Counted from the first letter of the stretch, positions 11,331-21,393 are shown. The stretch is 64,000 bases of DNA from Yeosuana sp. (GCA_036525815.1 DATCZQ010000184.1:39803-103802), one strand, 5' to 3'. Numbers and translations are program-made. The notes: generated by a model from the sequence alone, not told the origin.

Positions 11331-11930
11331 TTATTTTAATGACCATGATTTTCCTCCTGTCAATTCTTGTAAATCACCACAATAGTATGCTGCAGGTATT
11401 GGGTCATATTTTAAAACACGTTCACCTATTTCTTCTGAAGTAACATAAGCCATAATAGTAATATCTTTTAGACTATTTAAAAATTCAGATTTGGTTAATT
11501 CCAATGATTCTGGATTAGCCGCTCTTTCTTCATCTATCTCACCTTTTACTAACATATGTTGATCTAAAACGAACTTATAATTGTCTTCAGTAAGTTTATC
11601 AACAGACTCAATTCCATCTTGCTTTAATATTGAAACCATCATCTTAAATCCGTTTTTTACCCGATGTTGTTGTTCGTCTTTTAAAACCTCATTAATATAT
11701 TTATCGATAAATTGAGGCACATTCATTTCAGTTGCAGATGGTAACTCCGTTTTCGGTAAAATGACATCCACAAGTTTGGTTAAAACAACACCCTCTTCAA
11801 TATTTAAAAAATCAGGAACCCATGTTTTAACATCACTGGTACAGCTTTGTAACAAACTTAAAATGGTAGGTGTGGCCACTAGGTATCCCGTTGCAAAACC
11901 CATATGCTTTAATACATCTCTTCTGTTCAT
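11331..11930 (-). CDS. gluconate 2-dehydrogenase subunit 3-like Tat chaperone/small subunit
   Basis: MNRRDVLK Tat motif; VILPKTELPSATEMNVPQFID; AYVTSEE.G..VLKYDPIP; directly downstream of the GMC gene. Confidence 0.87.
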   Translation of the reverse strand: MNRRDVLKHMGFATGYLVATPTILSLLQSCTSDVKTWVPDFLNIEEGVVLTKLVDVILPKTELPSATEMNVPQFIDKYINEVLKDEQQHRVKNGFKMMVSILKQDGIESVDKLTEDNYKFVLDQHMLVKGEIDEERAANPESLELTKSEFLNSLKDITIMAYVTSEEIGERVLKYDPIPAAYYCGDLQELTGGKSWSLK

Positions 11931-11940
11931 CGTGCAAAAA

Positions 11941-13665
11941 TTATAAGTTATTTGATTTTAATTGTTCTGCAGCATGGTTCGCAGCTCTTGCCGTAAAAGC
12001 CATATATGTTAAAGATGGATTTTGACATCCTGCTGAAGTCATAAACGAGCCGTCTGTTACATATACATTTGGACATGCATGTATTTGATTAAATTCATTT
12101 AAAACAGAAGTTTTAGGGTCTCTACCCATTCGTGCAGTTCCCATTTCATGAATACCTAATCCCATGGCTCTCTTATGGACTTCATCATATCCTTCAACAT
12201 CTTTAAAACCAGCAGTTTTTAGCATTTGTACAGCCTGTTCCTGCATATCTATGCGCATAGCTAATTCATTGTCTCCAAAATCAGCATCAAAAGTTACTGT
12301 TGGTAATCCCCATTCGTCAAGTTTTTCGTAATCAAGATACATTCTGTTACTATGATCTGGAAGGGTTTCACCAAATCCTGTTAAAGTAATATTCCATTCA
12401 CCTGGTTTTAAAATAGCTTCTTTTAATTTGGGTCCATATTTTAATTCTGCAACTAATTCTGAAATACTTTCTCTTGTGGCTCCACCTTGGTATCCATAAC
12501 CTCTTTTAAAATCGTTGGTGTCTGTTTTGCCTCCTAGGTTTCTAAATCTTGGAATATAAATGCCATTGGCTCTTCTTCCTTTATTGTACTTGTCTTCAAA
12601 ACCATCTGCTTTTGCACGCGCTCCAACTTTAAAATGATGGTCCATGATGTTGTGACCCAATTCTCCGCTATCATTGCCTAGACCATTAGGAAAACGTTCA
12701 GATTTTGACTGTAATAATATAGCAGCTGATGCTATTGTTGACGCACACATAAAAATTACTTTTGCATTATAAATGGTTGTTTCTTTAGTTTCAGCATCAA
12801 TCACCTTAACACCAGTTGCTTTTTTCGTAACCTCATCATAAATAACCTCATGTACTATGGAATTCGGTTTTAATGTCATATTTCCAGTAGCTTCAGCCGT
12901 TGGAAGCGTGGATGAATTACTGCTAAAATATGCTCCAAAAGGGCAGCCTCTAGCACATCTGTTTCTGTATTGACAGGTACTTCTTCCCATTCCAGGTTTA
13001 GTGCCTTCTGTAATATGCGCAGTTCTTCCAATAGTCAATAGTCGCCCATCATCAAAATTATCAGCAATTTTAGATTTTAAAAGTTCTTCAACACAATTAA
13101 GATTCATTGGTTTTAACAATTTCTGATCGGGGAGTTGTTTTAGGCCTAAATTCTCACCACTTACCCCTATAAATTCTTCAACCTTATCATACCAAGGCTC
13201 AATATCTTTATAGCGCACTGGCCAATCAACAGCGATGCCATCATTTTTATTAGCTTCAAAATCGATATTACTAAGGCGGTAGCTTTGTCTGCCCCACATC
13301 AATGAGCGTCCTCCTACGTGATAACCGCGAATCCAATCAAATCGTCTGTCTTCATTATAAGGATGTTTGATGTCGTCCACAAAAAAATGCTGTCTGTCTT
13401 CTTTGATTGCATTTTCATCTCTAGCCTGTTTAAATTTTCTCTCCCTGGTTTCTCTTTTTGGATCACCTCCATTCGGAAAATCCCAAGGATCCATGTTCGC
13501 TGTGGTATAATCTTCAATGTGTTTAACCATCCTTCCTCTTTCAAGGACCAGTGTTTTTAAACCATTTTCACATAGTTCTTTGGCGGCCCATCCTCCCGAT
13601 ATACCTGTGCCTACAACGATTGCGTCATACGCTTCGGCTGAAACTTTAAAATTGCTATTAATCAT
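11941..13665 (-). CDS. GMC-family flavoprotein, glucoside 3-dehydrogenase-like catalytic subunit
   Basis: VGTGISGGWAA FAD motif, GGRSLMWGRQ, CQYRNRCARGCP Cys cluster, IHEMGTARMG, QNPSLTYMA. Confidence 0.9.
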   Translation of the reverse strand: MINSNFKVSAEAYDAIVVGTGISGGWAAKELCENGLKTLVLERGRMVKHIEDYTTANMDPWDFPNGGDPKRETRERKFKQARDENAIKEDRQHFFVDDIKHPYNEDRRFDWIRGYHVGGRSLMWGRQSYRLSNIDFEANKNDGIAVDWPVRYKDIEPWYDKVEEFIGVSGENLGLKQLPDQKLLKPMNLNCVEELLKSKIADNFDDGRLLTIGRTAHITEGTKPGMGRSTCQYRNRCARGCPFGAYFSSNSSTLPTAEATGNMTLKPNSIVHEVIYDEVTKKATGVKVIDAETKETTIYNAKVIFMCASTIASAAILLQSKSERFPNGLGNDSGELGHNIMDHHFKVGARAKADGFEDKYNKGRRANGIYIPRFRNLGGKTDTNDFKRGYGYQGGATRESISELVAELKYGPKLKEAILKPGEWNITLTGFGETLPDHSNRMYLDYEKLDEWGLPTVTFDADFGDNELAMRIDMQEQAVQMLKTAGFKDVEGYDEVHKRAMGLGIHEMGTARMGRDPKTSVLNEFNQIHACPNVYVTDGSFMTSAGCQNPSLTYMAFTARAANHAAEQLKSNNL

Positions 13666-13770
13666 TTAAATGTGAATTTTATTGTTAATTTGATAATAAT
13701 ATAGGTGTAAAATTATACTTATCTCGGCAAATTAAGTATTTTGCATATCAATCATGTTTAATTTTTTTCA

Positions 13771-14793
13771 GTGAAGATAAATATACAAAAAATAACTCCT
13801 TTTGAAGCAGATGGAATTGTGTATCAAGCAGACACTTGTTTGCCTCTTATAGATGCTGTAAAAAGGAAAAAATTAAAATTTAAAGCACTTGCCAGATATA
13901 CCTACCCTGGCGACAGGCTAACGGATGACACTCTAGGGCTTAATAGCATAGGATATTGGGATGCCAATGAACCTCAAGACTGGGGTTTGGACTGGCATAG
14001 AAATGAAGGTATTGAAATTCATTTTTTAGAATCTGGCACGATGCCTTATGCTCAGCAGAATAAAGAAATGGAGCTGTTGCCTAACTATCTTACTATTACA
14101 AGGCCATGGGAAGCTCATAAAGTTGGGAGTCCTTCCATTGGAATTGGTAAGTTTTATTGGGTTATTTTAGATCTTGATGTAAGAAGACCGCACCAAAATT
14201 GGGTCTGGCCGGACTGGGTTATGTTAGCGCCAAAAGATCTTGAAAAACTGACCATTATTTTAAGGCAAAACGAAAAAATTATTTGGAAAACAGATAAACG
14301 AATCAGAGACTGTTTTCAACGTATTGGAAAGGCCGTAGACACCGATGTTGAAGGAAGTAACTCTTCTAAAATAAGGTTATTAATAAATTATTTATTGATA
14401 CTGCTTTTAGATTTATTGGTTGAAGAAGAAGTTGAATTAAATGAGCAACTGACGGATAGCTCTAGAAGTGTGAGATTATTTTTAAGCGAGTTGGATAATA
14501 ATTTATCAGAAGTATGGTCTATTGAGGACATGGCAAAATCAGCAGGGGTGGGTTTGACTAGATTTACGCATCATTGTAAACAGTTGACTAATTTAACCCC
14601 TATGCGTTATTTAATGATGAAACGCATTGAATGGTCAAAGGAAATTTTAATGAATAAAGAATTTCTAACGGTTTCAGAGGTGGCTTTTGCTTGCGGGTTT
14701 TCAACGAGTCAGTATTTTTCCACGGTTTTCAAAAAGCAGGCAAAATGCACGCCGGTTGAATTCAGACAAAAAAAACTAGAGGCAGTATATTAA
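13771..14793 (+). CDS. AraC-family transcriptional regulator
   Basis: GTG start; cupin-like WHRNEGIE; C-terminal HTH with CGFSTSQYFSTVFKK; divergent from the GMC operon. Confidence 0.9.
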   Translation: MKINIQKITPFEADGIVYQADTCLPLIDAVKRKKLKFKALARYTYPGDRLTDDTLGLNSIGYWDANEPQDWGLDWHRNEGIEIHFLESGTMPYAQQNKEMELLPNYLTITRPWEAHKVGSPSIGIGKFYWVILDLDVRRPHQNWVWPDWVMLAPKDLEKLTIILRQNEKIIWKTDKRIRDCFQRIGKAVDTDVEGSNSSKIRLLINYLLILLLDLLVEEEVELNEQLTDSSRSVRLFLSELDNNLSEVWSIEDMAKSAGVGLTRFTHHCKQLTNLTPMRYLMMKRIEWSKEILMNKEFLTVSEVAFACGFSTSQYFSTVFKKQAKCTPVEFRQKKLEAVY

Positions 14794-14892
14794 TTTTGTT
14801 TTTGTTTAAATTCTTTCACTGAATAAATATACACAAGAATGGTAAATGGATTTTATATTTTTCAGTTCCAATATATTTTAATAAACTAATCT

Positions 14893-15870
14893 ATGAAAAC
14901 AATCAGTTTTTCAAATAAATGGGCATCTTCCATATTTTTAGTGTTTTTGCTTTTATTATTGAGTTGTGGTAAAAATGAAAAAAGGACAATAACTGAAAAA
15001 ATTGTTAACACACCATCTGAACCATTTTTCGAATTATCATTAGCCCAATGGTCATTGCATTTAATGTTTAATGAAAAAGGTGTAAGCCCATTTGAATTTG
15101 CAAGAATTGCAGATTCTTTAGGTTTTAATACACTGGAATATGTGTCTCAGCTTTACACAAAACAGATTAAGGAATTGGGTTTTGAAACTGTTATTGATTC
15201 TCTTAAAAAAGAAAGTGAAAAATATAATTTGAAAAATAATTTAATCATGGTCGATAATGAAGGGGATTTAGCTAATCAAGATTTAGCGATTCGAAATCAA
15301 GCTGTTGAAAATCATAAAAAATGGGTAGATGCAGCCGAGAAATTGGGCTGTCAAGCTATTAGGGTAAATACCTTTGGTAACAATGATCCAAAAATTTGGG
15401 GTGAAACGGTTGTTGATGGCCTTAAAAAATTATGTGAATATGCAGCAACCAAAAATATAAATGTCATATGTGAAAATCATGGTTGGTTATCCTCAGATGT
15501 GCCTAAATTAATGCAGGCAATAAGTGCTGTTAATATGCCAAATTGTGGTACGCTCCCTGATTTTGGTAATTGGTGTATAAAACGAACTGAAGATAAATTT
15601 GGGGGAGAATGTTTAGAATTATATCCAGATAAATATGAAGGGGTTAAAATAATGATGCCCAAAGCATTTGGAGTCAGCGCAAAATCCTATGATTTTAATG
15701 AATATGGCTATGAAACTACCATTGATTATGCAAAAATGTTACAAATAGTTAAGGATTCTGGGTTTAAGGGTATTATTGGTATTGAATACCAAGGTGAAAT
15801 AATCAGTGAAATTGAAGGAATTATAGCTACCAGGGCTCTTTTGTTAAATGTGGCGAAAGAATTACATTAA
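14893..15870 (+). CDS. sugar phosphate isomerase/epimerase-family TIM-barrel lipoprotein
   Basis: lipobox LLLSC; LSLAQWSLH, ENHG, PDFGN, IEYQG. Confidence 0.85.
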   Translation: MKTISFSNKWASSIFLVFLLLLLSCGKNEKRTITEKIVNTPSEPFFELSLAQWSLHLMFNEKGVSPFEFARIADSLGFNTLEYVSQLYTKQIKELGFETVIDSLKKESEKYNLKNNLIMVDNEGDLANQDLAIRNQAVENHKKWVDAAEKLGCQAIRVNTFGNNDPKIWGETVVDGLKKLCEYAATKNINVICENHGWLSSDVPKLMQAISAVNMPNCGTLPDFGNWCIKRTEDKFGGECLELYPDKYEGVKIMMPKAFGVSAKSYDFNEYGYETTIDYAKMLQIVKDSGFKGIIGIEYQGEIISEIEGIIATRALLLNVAKELH

Positions 15871-15901
15871 TTAATTTGAAAATTAACTAACAAACTATTT
15901 T

Positions 15902-17128
15902 ATGAAAAAATCAATTCAATATCAACTATCATTCATGATGTTCCTCGAATTTTTTATTTGGGGCGGATGGTTTGTAACTTTAGGTTCTTTTCTTGGCTAT
16001 AATTTGAATGCTACAGGAGCTGAAACGGGTATGGCTTATTCCACGCAGTCATGGGGCGCTATTATTGCACCTTTTATCATTGGTTTGATTGCAGATAAGT
16101 TTTTTAATGCAGAGAAGATTTTAGGCGTATTGCATCTCGTTGGTGCGGTATTGATGTATCAAATGTCACAATCAACAGAATTTGCAACTTTTTACCCTTA
16201 TGTTTTGGGTTATATGATTGCTTACATGCCAACCTTAGCCTTAGTGAATTCGGTTTCCTTTAATCAAATGAAAGATCCTGCAAAAGAGTTTCCTTTTGTT
16301 AGAGTATTTGGAACCATTGGTTGGATTTTGGCCGGTTTAATTATAAGTTTTGTTTTTAAATGGGATTCTATTGAAAATATAGGTAATGGGATGTTATCAA
16401 ATACTTTTACTATGGTGGCGATAGCTTCCGGTATTTTAGGGGTGTTTAGTTTTACACTTCCAAAAACGCCGCCTAAAGGGAAAGGTGAAAAAACAAGGAT
16501 TTCAGATATTCTGGGATTGGATGCTTTAAAATTATTAAAGGATAGAAACTTTTTAGTATTCTTTCTATCATCAGTTTTAATTTGTATTCCATTGGCTTTT
16601 TATTATCAAAATATCAGTCCTTTTTTAACTGAATATAAAGTTGAAAACTCTACTGCATGGGCCTCTATCGGGCAAATCTCAGAGGTAGGATTTATGCTGT
16701 TATTACCGTTCTTTTTTAAAAAATACGGATTCAAAAAAACAATTCTTTTTGGAATGTTAGCATGGGGTATTAGATACGCATTATTTGCTTATGGGAATGC
16801 TGGCGATTTATTCTTTATGCTTGTAATAGGGATTGCCTTGCATGGGATCTGTTATGATTTTTTCTTTGTTTCCGGTCAAATATACACCGATTCAAAAGCT
16901 GGTGATAAGGTAAAAAGTGCAGCTCAGGGCTTAATCACATTGGCCACTTATGGCATAGGGATGTTAGTTGGATTTTGGGTTGCAGGCAATATAGTAGATA
17001 GGAACCTATTAGCAGATAGTGCGCATAGTTGGCAGGATGTTTGGATGTTTCCAGCATTTTTTGCTATCGGTGTTTTGATATTTTTTGCAGTATTATTTAA
17101 GAACGAAAAAGTAGAATATAAAGCATAA
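15902..17128 (+). CDS. MFS permease, NupG/XapB nucleoside:H+ symporter family
   Basis: about 12 hydrophobic segments; MMFLEFFIWGGW, RVFGTIGW, IGQISEV, LHGICYDFF. Confidence 0.88.
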   Translation: MKKSIQYQLSFMMFLEFFIWGGWFVTLGSFLGYNLNATGAETGMAYSTQSWGAIIAPFIIGLIADKFFNAEKILGVLHLVGAVLMYQMSQSTEFATFYPYVLGYMIAYMPTLALVNSVSFNQMKDPAKEFPFVRVFGTIGWILAGLIISFVFKWDSIENIGNGMLSNTFTMVAIASGILGVFSFTLPKTPPKGKGEKTRISDILGLDALKLLKDRNFLVFFLSSVLICIPLAFYYQNISPFLTEYKVENSTAWASIGQISEVGFMLLLPFFFKKYGFKKTILFGMLAWGIRYALFAYGNAGDLFFMLVIGIALHGICYDFFFVSGQIYTDSKAGDKVKSAAQGLITLATYGIGMLVGFWVAGNIVDRNLLADSAHSWQDVWMFPAFFAIGVLIFFAVLFKNEKVEYKA

Positions 17129-17139
17129 AAAAATATTTC

Positions 17140-18285
17140 ATGAGTTCAAAAATCAGATTAGGTATATTAGGAGGGGGTGGTGATTCTTTAATTGGAGTAC
17201 TTCATAGAATCGCTTCTGCAATGTATGATAAGTATCAAATTGTAGGTGGTGTTTTTAACCCGGTTTGGGAAGAGAATATAGGGTTTGCAAATAAAATAGG
17301 TTTACCAACAAATAGAATTTATAAGGATTTTGATACTTTAATTGAAGAAGAAATTAAACTTCCGGTGAATGAAAGGATGCAAGTAGTGTCCATTCTTACA
17401 CCAAATTTTCTTCATTTTCCTATGGCAAAAAAGCTGTTGGAAAATGGATTCAATGTCATTTGTGAAAAACCAATGACCACGACTTATGATGAGGCTAAGA
17501 TTTTAAATCAAACTTTAAAAATGGCTCAAACCGTATTTGCAGTCACTTATACCTATACAGGTTATCCTATGATACGTCAAATGCGGGAGATGATTAAAAA
17601 CGGTGAATTGGGAAAAATCCAAAAAGTAGATGCGCAATATTATCAGGGTTGGATAAATCCTATTATTCACGACAAGGAAAAACGTTCCACAACCTGGAGA
17701 TTAAATCCCGAAAAATCTGGAATCAGTTGCTGTATTGGAGATATAGGAACTCATGCTTTTGATATGATTGAATATGTTTCTGGTGAAAAAATAGAATCAG
17801 TATTGGCAGATTTAAATTATTTATATACAGATAACAAAATGGATATTGACGGCACCGTTTTACTACGCTGTTCTAATAATGTAAAAGGGCTTATATGCAC
17901 AAGTCAAATAGCCACAGGAGAGGAGAATAGTTTTATAGTAAAGATTTATGGAGATAAAGCTGGCTTAAAATGGGAGCAGGAAAATCCTAATTATTTATAC
18001 TTGATGGAAGATGGAAAACCACTCCGTGTGTTAAAACCCGGGCATGCTTATAATAGTGATTTATCTAAAGAAGGCACCAAATTGCCACCGGGACATCCAG
18101 AAGGTATTTTTGATTCAATGGGGAATATTTATAAAGGTGTTGCAAAGGCGATTAATAAGGAACCCTATAACCATGGTGAATTTCCAACGATGGTTGACGG
18201 AGTAAGAGGTATGGGTTTTATTGAAAAAGCTGTTGAGTCTCATCAAAAAGGAAATATTTGGGTAACTATTGAAAACTTAAACTAA
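17140..18285 (+). CDS. Gfo/Idh/MocA-family oxidoreductase (cytoplasmic)
   Basis: LGGGGDSLIG, TPNFLH, CEKP, GDIGTHA; no signal peptide. Confidence 0.9.
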   Translation: MSSKIRLGILGGGGDSLIGVLHRIASAMYDKYQIVGGVFNPVWEENIGFANKIGLPTNRIYKDFDTLIEEEIKLPVNERMQVVSILTPNFLHFPMAKKLLENGFNVICEKPMTTTYDEAKILNQTLKMAQTVFAVTYTYTGYPMIRQMREMIKNGELGKIQKVDAQYYQGWINPIIHDKEKRSTTWRLNPEKSGISCCIGDIGTHAFDMIEYVSGEKIESVLADLNYLYTDNKMDIDGTVLLRCSNNVKGLICTSQIATGEENSFIVKIYGDKAGLKWEQENPNYLYLMEDGKPLRVLKPGHAYNSDLSKEGTKLPPGHPEGIFDSMGNIYKGVAKAINKEPYNHGEFPTMVDGVRGMGFIEKAVESHQKGNIWVTIENLN

Positions 18286-19337
18286 TGAAAACGATTAAAG
18301 GACCAGCTATATTTCTCGCACAGTTTATGGATGAAAAAGCACCATATAATTCATTGGATGGATTATGTAAATGGGCTAGCGATTTGGGTTATAAAGGAAT
18401 TCAAATGCCTACTTTAGATTCTCGATTAATTAATCTAAGCACAGCAGCAGAAAGTCAAACCTATTGTGATGAGCTTTTAGGTAAAATAAATTCTTATGGA
18501 TTAGAACTAACTGAGTTGTCAACTCATATCCAAGGACAATTAGTAGCGGTCCATCCGGCTCATGATATGATGTTTGATGTGTTTGCACCTGACAAGTTAA
18601 AAGGAAAACCAAAGCAAAGAACGGCTTGGGCTATTCAAGAAATGAAATATGCCGCCATGGCGAGTAGACGATTAAATTTGAAAGCACATGCTACCTTTTC
18701 AGGGTCTTTATTATGGCCCATGATGCATCCATGGCCACAACAGCCAAAGGGATTGGTAGAATTGGGTTTTAGTGAATTAGCAGATCGGTGGTTGCCTATC
18801 TTAAATACTTTTGATGAGAATGGGGTGGATGTTTGCTACGAAGTACATCCTGTAGAAGATATTCATGATGGCGATACGTTTGAACGCTTTTTAGCCGCTA
18901 CAGGTAATCATAAGCGTGTCAATATTTTATATGATCCCTCACATTTTGTTTTGCAACAACTGGATTATATTACTTATATAGACCATTATCATGAATTTAT
19001 AAAAGCATTTCATGTAAAAGATTCTGAATTTAATCCTACTGGAAAAAAAGGGACCTTTGGAGGGTATAATGATTGGAAAGATAGGGCAGGACGTTATCGT
19101 TCTCCGGGAGATGGACAGGTTGATTTTAAAAAGGTATTCTCTAAACTAACAGAATATGGTTGCGACGTATGGGCTGTTTTAGAATGGGAATGCGTGATCA
19201 AGAGCCCTGAGCAAGGTGCCAGAGAAGGAGTTCCTTTTATTTCAAAACATATTATTGAAGCCACTCACAAGGCATTTGATGATTTTGCAGGAGGGGAGAC
19301 AAATCCAGAAAAGTTAAAACAAATATTAGGAATTTAA
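18285..19337 (+). CDS. IolE-like sugar phosphate isomerase/epimerase TIM barrel (candidate 3-ketoglycoside lyase)
   Basis: YEVHP, YDPSHF, FHVKD, VLEWE metal-binding pattern; 1-nt overlap with the upstream stop. Confidence 0.85.
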   Translation: MKTIKGPAIFLAQFMDEKAPYNSLDGLCKWASDLGYKGIQMPTLDSRLINLSTAAESQTYCDELLGKINSYGLELTELSTHIQGQLVAVHPAHDMMFDVFAPDKLKGKPKQRTAWAIQEMKYAAMASRRLNLKAHATFSGSLLWPMMHPWPQQPKGLVELGFSELADRWLPILNTFDENGVDVCYEVHPVEDIHDGDTFERFLAATGNHKRVNILYDPSHFVLQQLDYITYIDHYHEFIKAFHVKDSEFNPTGKKGTFGGYNDWKDRAGRYRSPGDGQVDFKKVFSKLTEYGCDVWAVLEWECVIKSPEQGAREGVPFISKHIIEATHKAFDDFAGGETNPEKLKQILGI

Positions 19338-19351
19338 TTTTAAATGTAATT

Positions 19352-20656
19352 ATGAATAATCTATTTGGGAATCTACTGAGAATATCAATATTTTCATTAT
19401 TTCTTGTGGCGTGTCATTCTAATAAATTAAAAGAAAATAATAAAGAAGCAGTAAATATTGGTATTTATGAAGGTGTTTTTATTGATATAAATGACACCAT
19501 CATTTCCGATAACATCGATCCTAATGTAACAATTGAAACCCATTTATTAAAAAATTTAAGCTTAACTAAAAGAGAAGATTTTTGGGGAGCTAAAAACAAT
19601 TTTCATTTACACGCCATGGGTAGTATCAATGTTCCAGAAAGTAATTATTATTACTTTAAACTTGTAAGCTCTGGAAGTGTGTTATTTAAATTAAACAATA
19701 AAGATTTATTTATTAAAAACCAGAGAATTCGTAAAAAAGAAACAGATAGTGCTAAGACTTATTTGGAAAAAGGTTATACAATTTTTGAGTTTGAATATTT
19801 TCCAGGTTATCAGGATTCTTATCTTGAGTTGGAATGGTCTAAGGACGGAAAGCAGTTCGAAGTAATTCCAGATTCCATTATTGGTAATTTGGACGCCTTT
19901 AGTGTTAAAGATTGGATTGCCCCTGATGAATCAGAGTCAGTTATGGTTCCTGACAATACCCTTACAGAAGCTGAAAAAAAAGATGGTTGGAAACTCTTAT
20001 TTGATGGAAAAACAATGAATGGATGGCATACCTACAATAAGCCTGGAACCATTGGAAGTAAATGGAAGGCTGAGAACAACATGTTATTATTTGAAGGTAG
20101 AAAACGTTTTGAATTTTATGTTGCAGGGCGTAAAATAGAATTAGGACCAGTAAATAAAGTATTAGATGGAGGTGAAGACATTGTTACTGATGATGCCTTT
20201 GAAAATTTCGAATTACATTTAGAATGGAAAATATCTGAAGCGGGCAATAATGGGATCTTTTTTACAGTTCAGGAGAATAAAAAATATAAAGAAAATTGGA
20301 ATACAAGTCCCGAAATGCAGGTTATGGATAATCAAAAACATAAGGATGGACTCATAAATAAGCATAGAGCAGGAGATTTATATGATTTAATTGCTACAGA
20401 TACTATAAGGGTAAAACCTTATGGTAAATGGAATAAGGTTCGTATCATAAAAAATAATGGAAAAGTTGAACAATGGTTAAATGGATATAAAGTAGTTTCC
20501 TATGATTTGAAGTCTAAAGAGTGGAAAGACCTCATATCTAAAAGTAAATTCGCAGATTTACCTGATTTTGCTAATCCGGGATTAGGCAAAATCGGATTTC
20601 AGGATCATGATAATGTAGTGTATTATAAAAATATAAAAATTAAAGTTCTTAAGTAA
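19352..20656 (+). CDS. PA14-like plus DUF1080 fusion lipoprotein
   Basis: lipobox FLVAC; PA14-like beta region (GSINVP..YYFKL..GYTIFEFEY..LELEW); C-terminal LFDGKTMNGW, PEMQVMDN, GKIGFQDH. Confidence 0.78.
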   Translation: MNNLFGNLLRISIFSLFLVACHSNKLKENNKEAVNIGIYEGVFIDINDTIISDNIDPNVTIETHLLKNLSLTKREDFWGAKNNFHLHAMGSINVPESNYYYFKLVSSGSVLFKLNNKDLFIKNQRIRKKETDSAKTYLEKGYTIFEFEYFPGYQDSYLELEWSKDGKQFEVIPDSIIGNLDAFSVKDWIAPDESESVMVPDNTLTEAEKKDGWKLLFDGKTMNGWHTYNKPGTIGSKWKAENNMLLFEGRKRFEFYVAGRKIELGPVNKVLDGGEDIVTDDAFENFELHLEWKISEAGNNGIFFTVQENKKYKENWNTSPEMQVMDNQKHKDGLINKHRAGDLYDLIATDTIRVKPYGKWNKVRIIKNNGKVEQWLNGYKVVSYDLKSKEWKDLISKSKFADLPDFANPGLGKIGFQDHDNVVYYKNIKIKVLK

Positions 20657-21393
20657 TGTTAAAGAAGGTTATAATAACGTTTTCAATGATGTTTTTGGAT
20701 TGTAATCAAATACCAAAGAGACTAGTGTCAAAGGAAAATCAAAGCATTATACAAATCGAATCAGTGCAGAAATCTGATTGGGTCTCTCTTTTTGATGGTA
20801 CTTCTTTTGAAAATTGGCGAGGATATTTAAATATTGCAATGTATCCTGAATGGGTGATTGAAAATAATGCTATGGTTTTCACTCCCGGAAAAAAAGGTAG
20901 GAAGAATATTATTTCAAAAGAAAAATACACCAATTTTATTTTATCACTTGAGTGGAAAATCTCAGAAGGAGGCAACAGCGGTGTTTTTTGGAGTGTTTTT
21001 GAGGACGAAAAATTCCCTGAACCATACCAAACAGGTCCTGAAATTCAGGTGTTAGATAATGAAAGACATCCTGATTCATTTTTGGCGAACGGCACTCGTA
21101 AGGCAGGCTCTATATACGATATGTTGGCATATCCACCTGAATACATTCATCCTGCTGGAGAATGGAATCTCTGTGTACTTGAAATAAACCATCAATCTAA
21201 CCTGGGGAAAGTAACTATGAATAGAGAAGAAACTATAACTTTTCCACTTCATGGATCGAAATGGGAAGAACTGGTATTAAATTCTAAATTTAAAGATTGG
21301 GAAGGTTTTGGGAAACATAAAGCAGGTCACATTGGTTTACAAGACCATGAAAACAAGGTTTCTTATCGTAATATAAAAATAAAGACATTGTAA
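20656..21393 (+). CDS. DUF1080 family protein
   Basis: LFDGTSFENW, GGNSGVF, GPEIQVLDN, GHIGLQDH. Confidence 0.88.
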   Translation: MLKKVIITFSMMFLDCNQIPKRLVSKENQSIIQIESVQKSDWVSLFDGTSFENWRGYLNIAMYPEWVIENNAMVFTPGKKGRKNIISKEKYTNFILSLEWKISEGGNSGVFWSVFEDEKFPEPYQTGPEIQVLDNERHPDSFLANGTRKAGSIYDMLAYPPEYIHPAGEWNLCVLEINHQSNLGKVTMNREETITFPLHGSKWEELVLNSKFKDWEGFGKHKAGHIGLQDHENKVSYRNIKIKTL

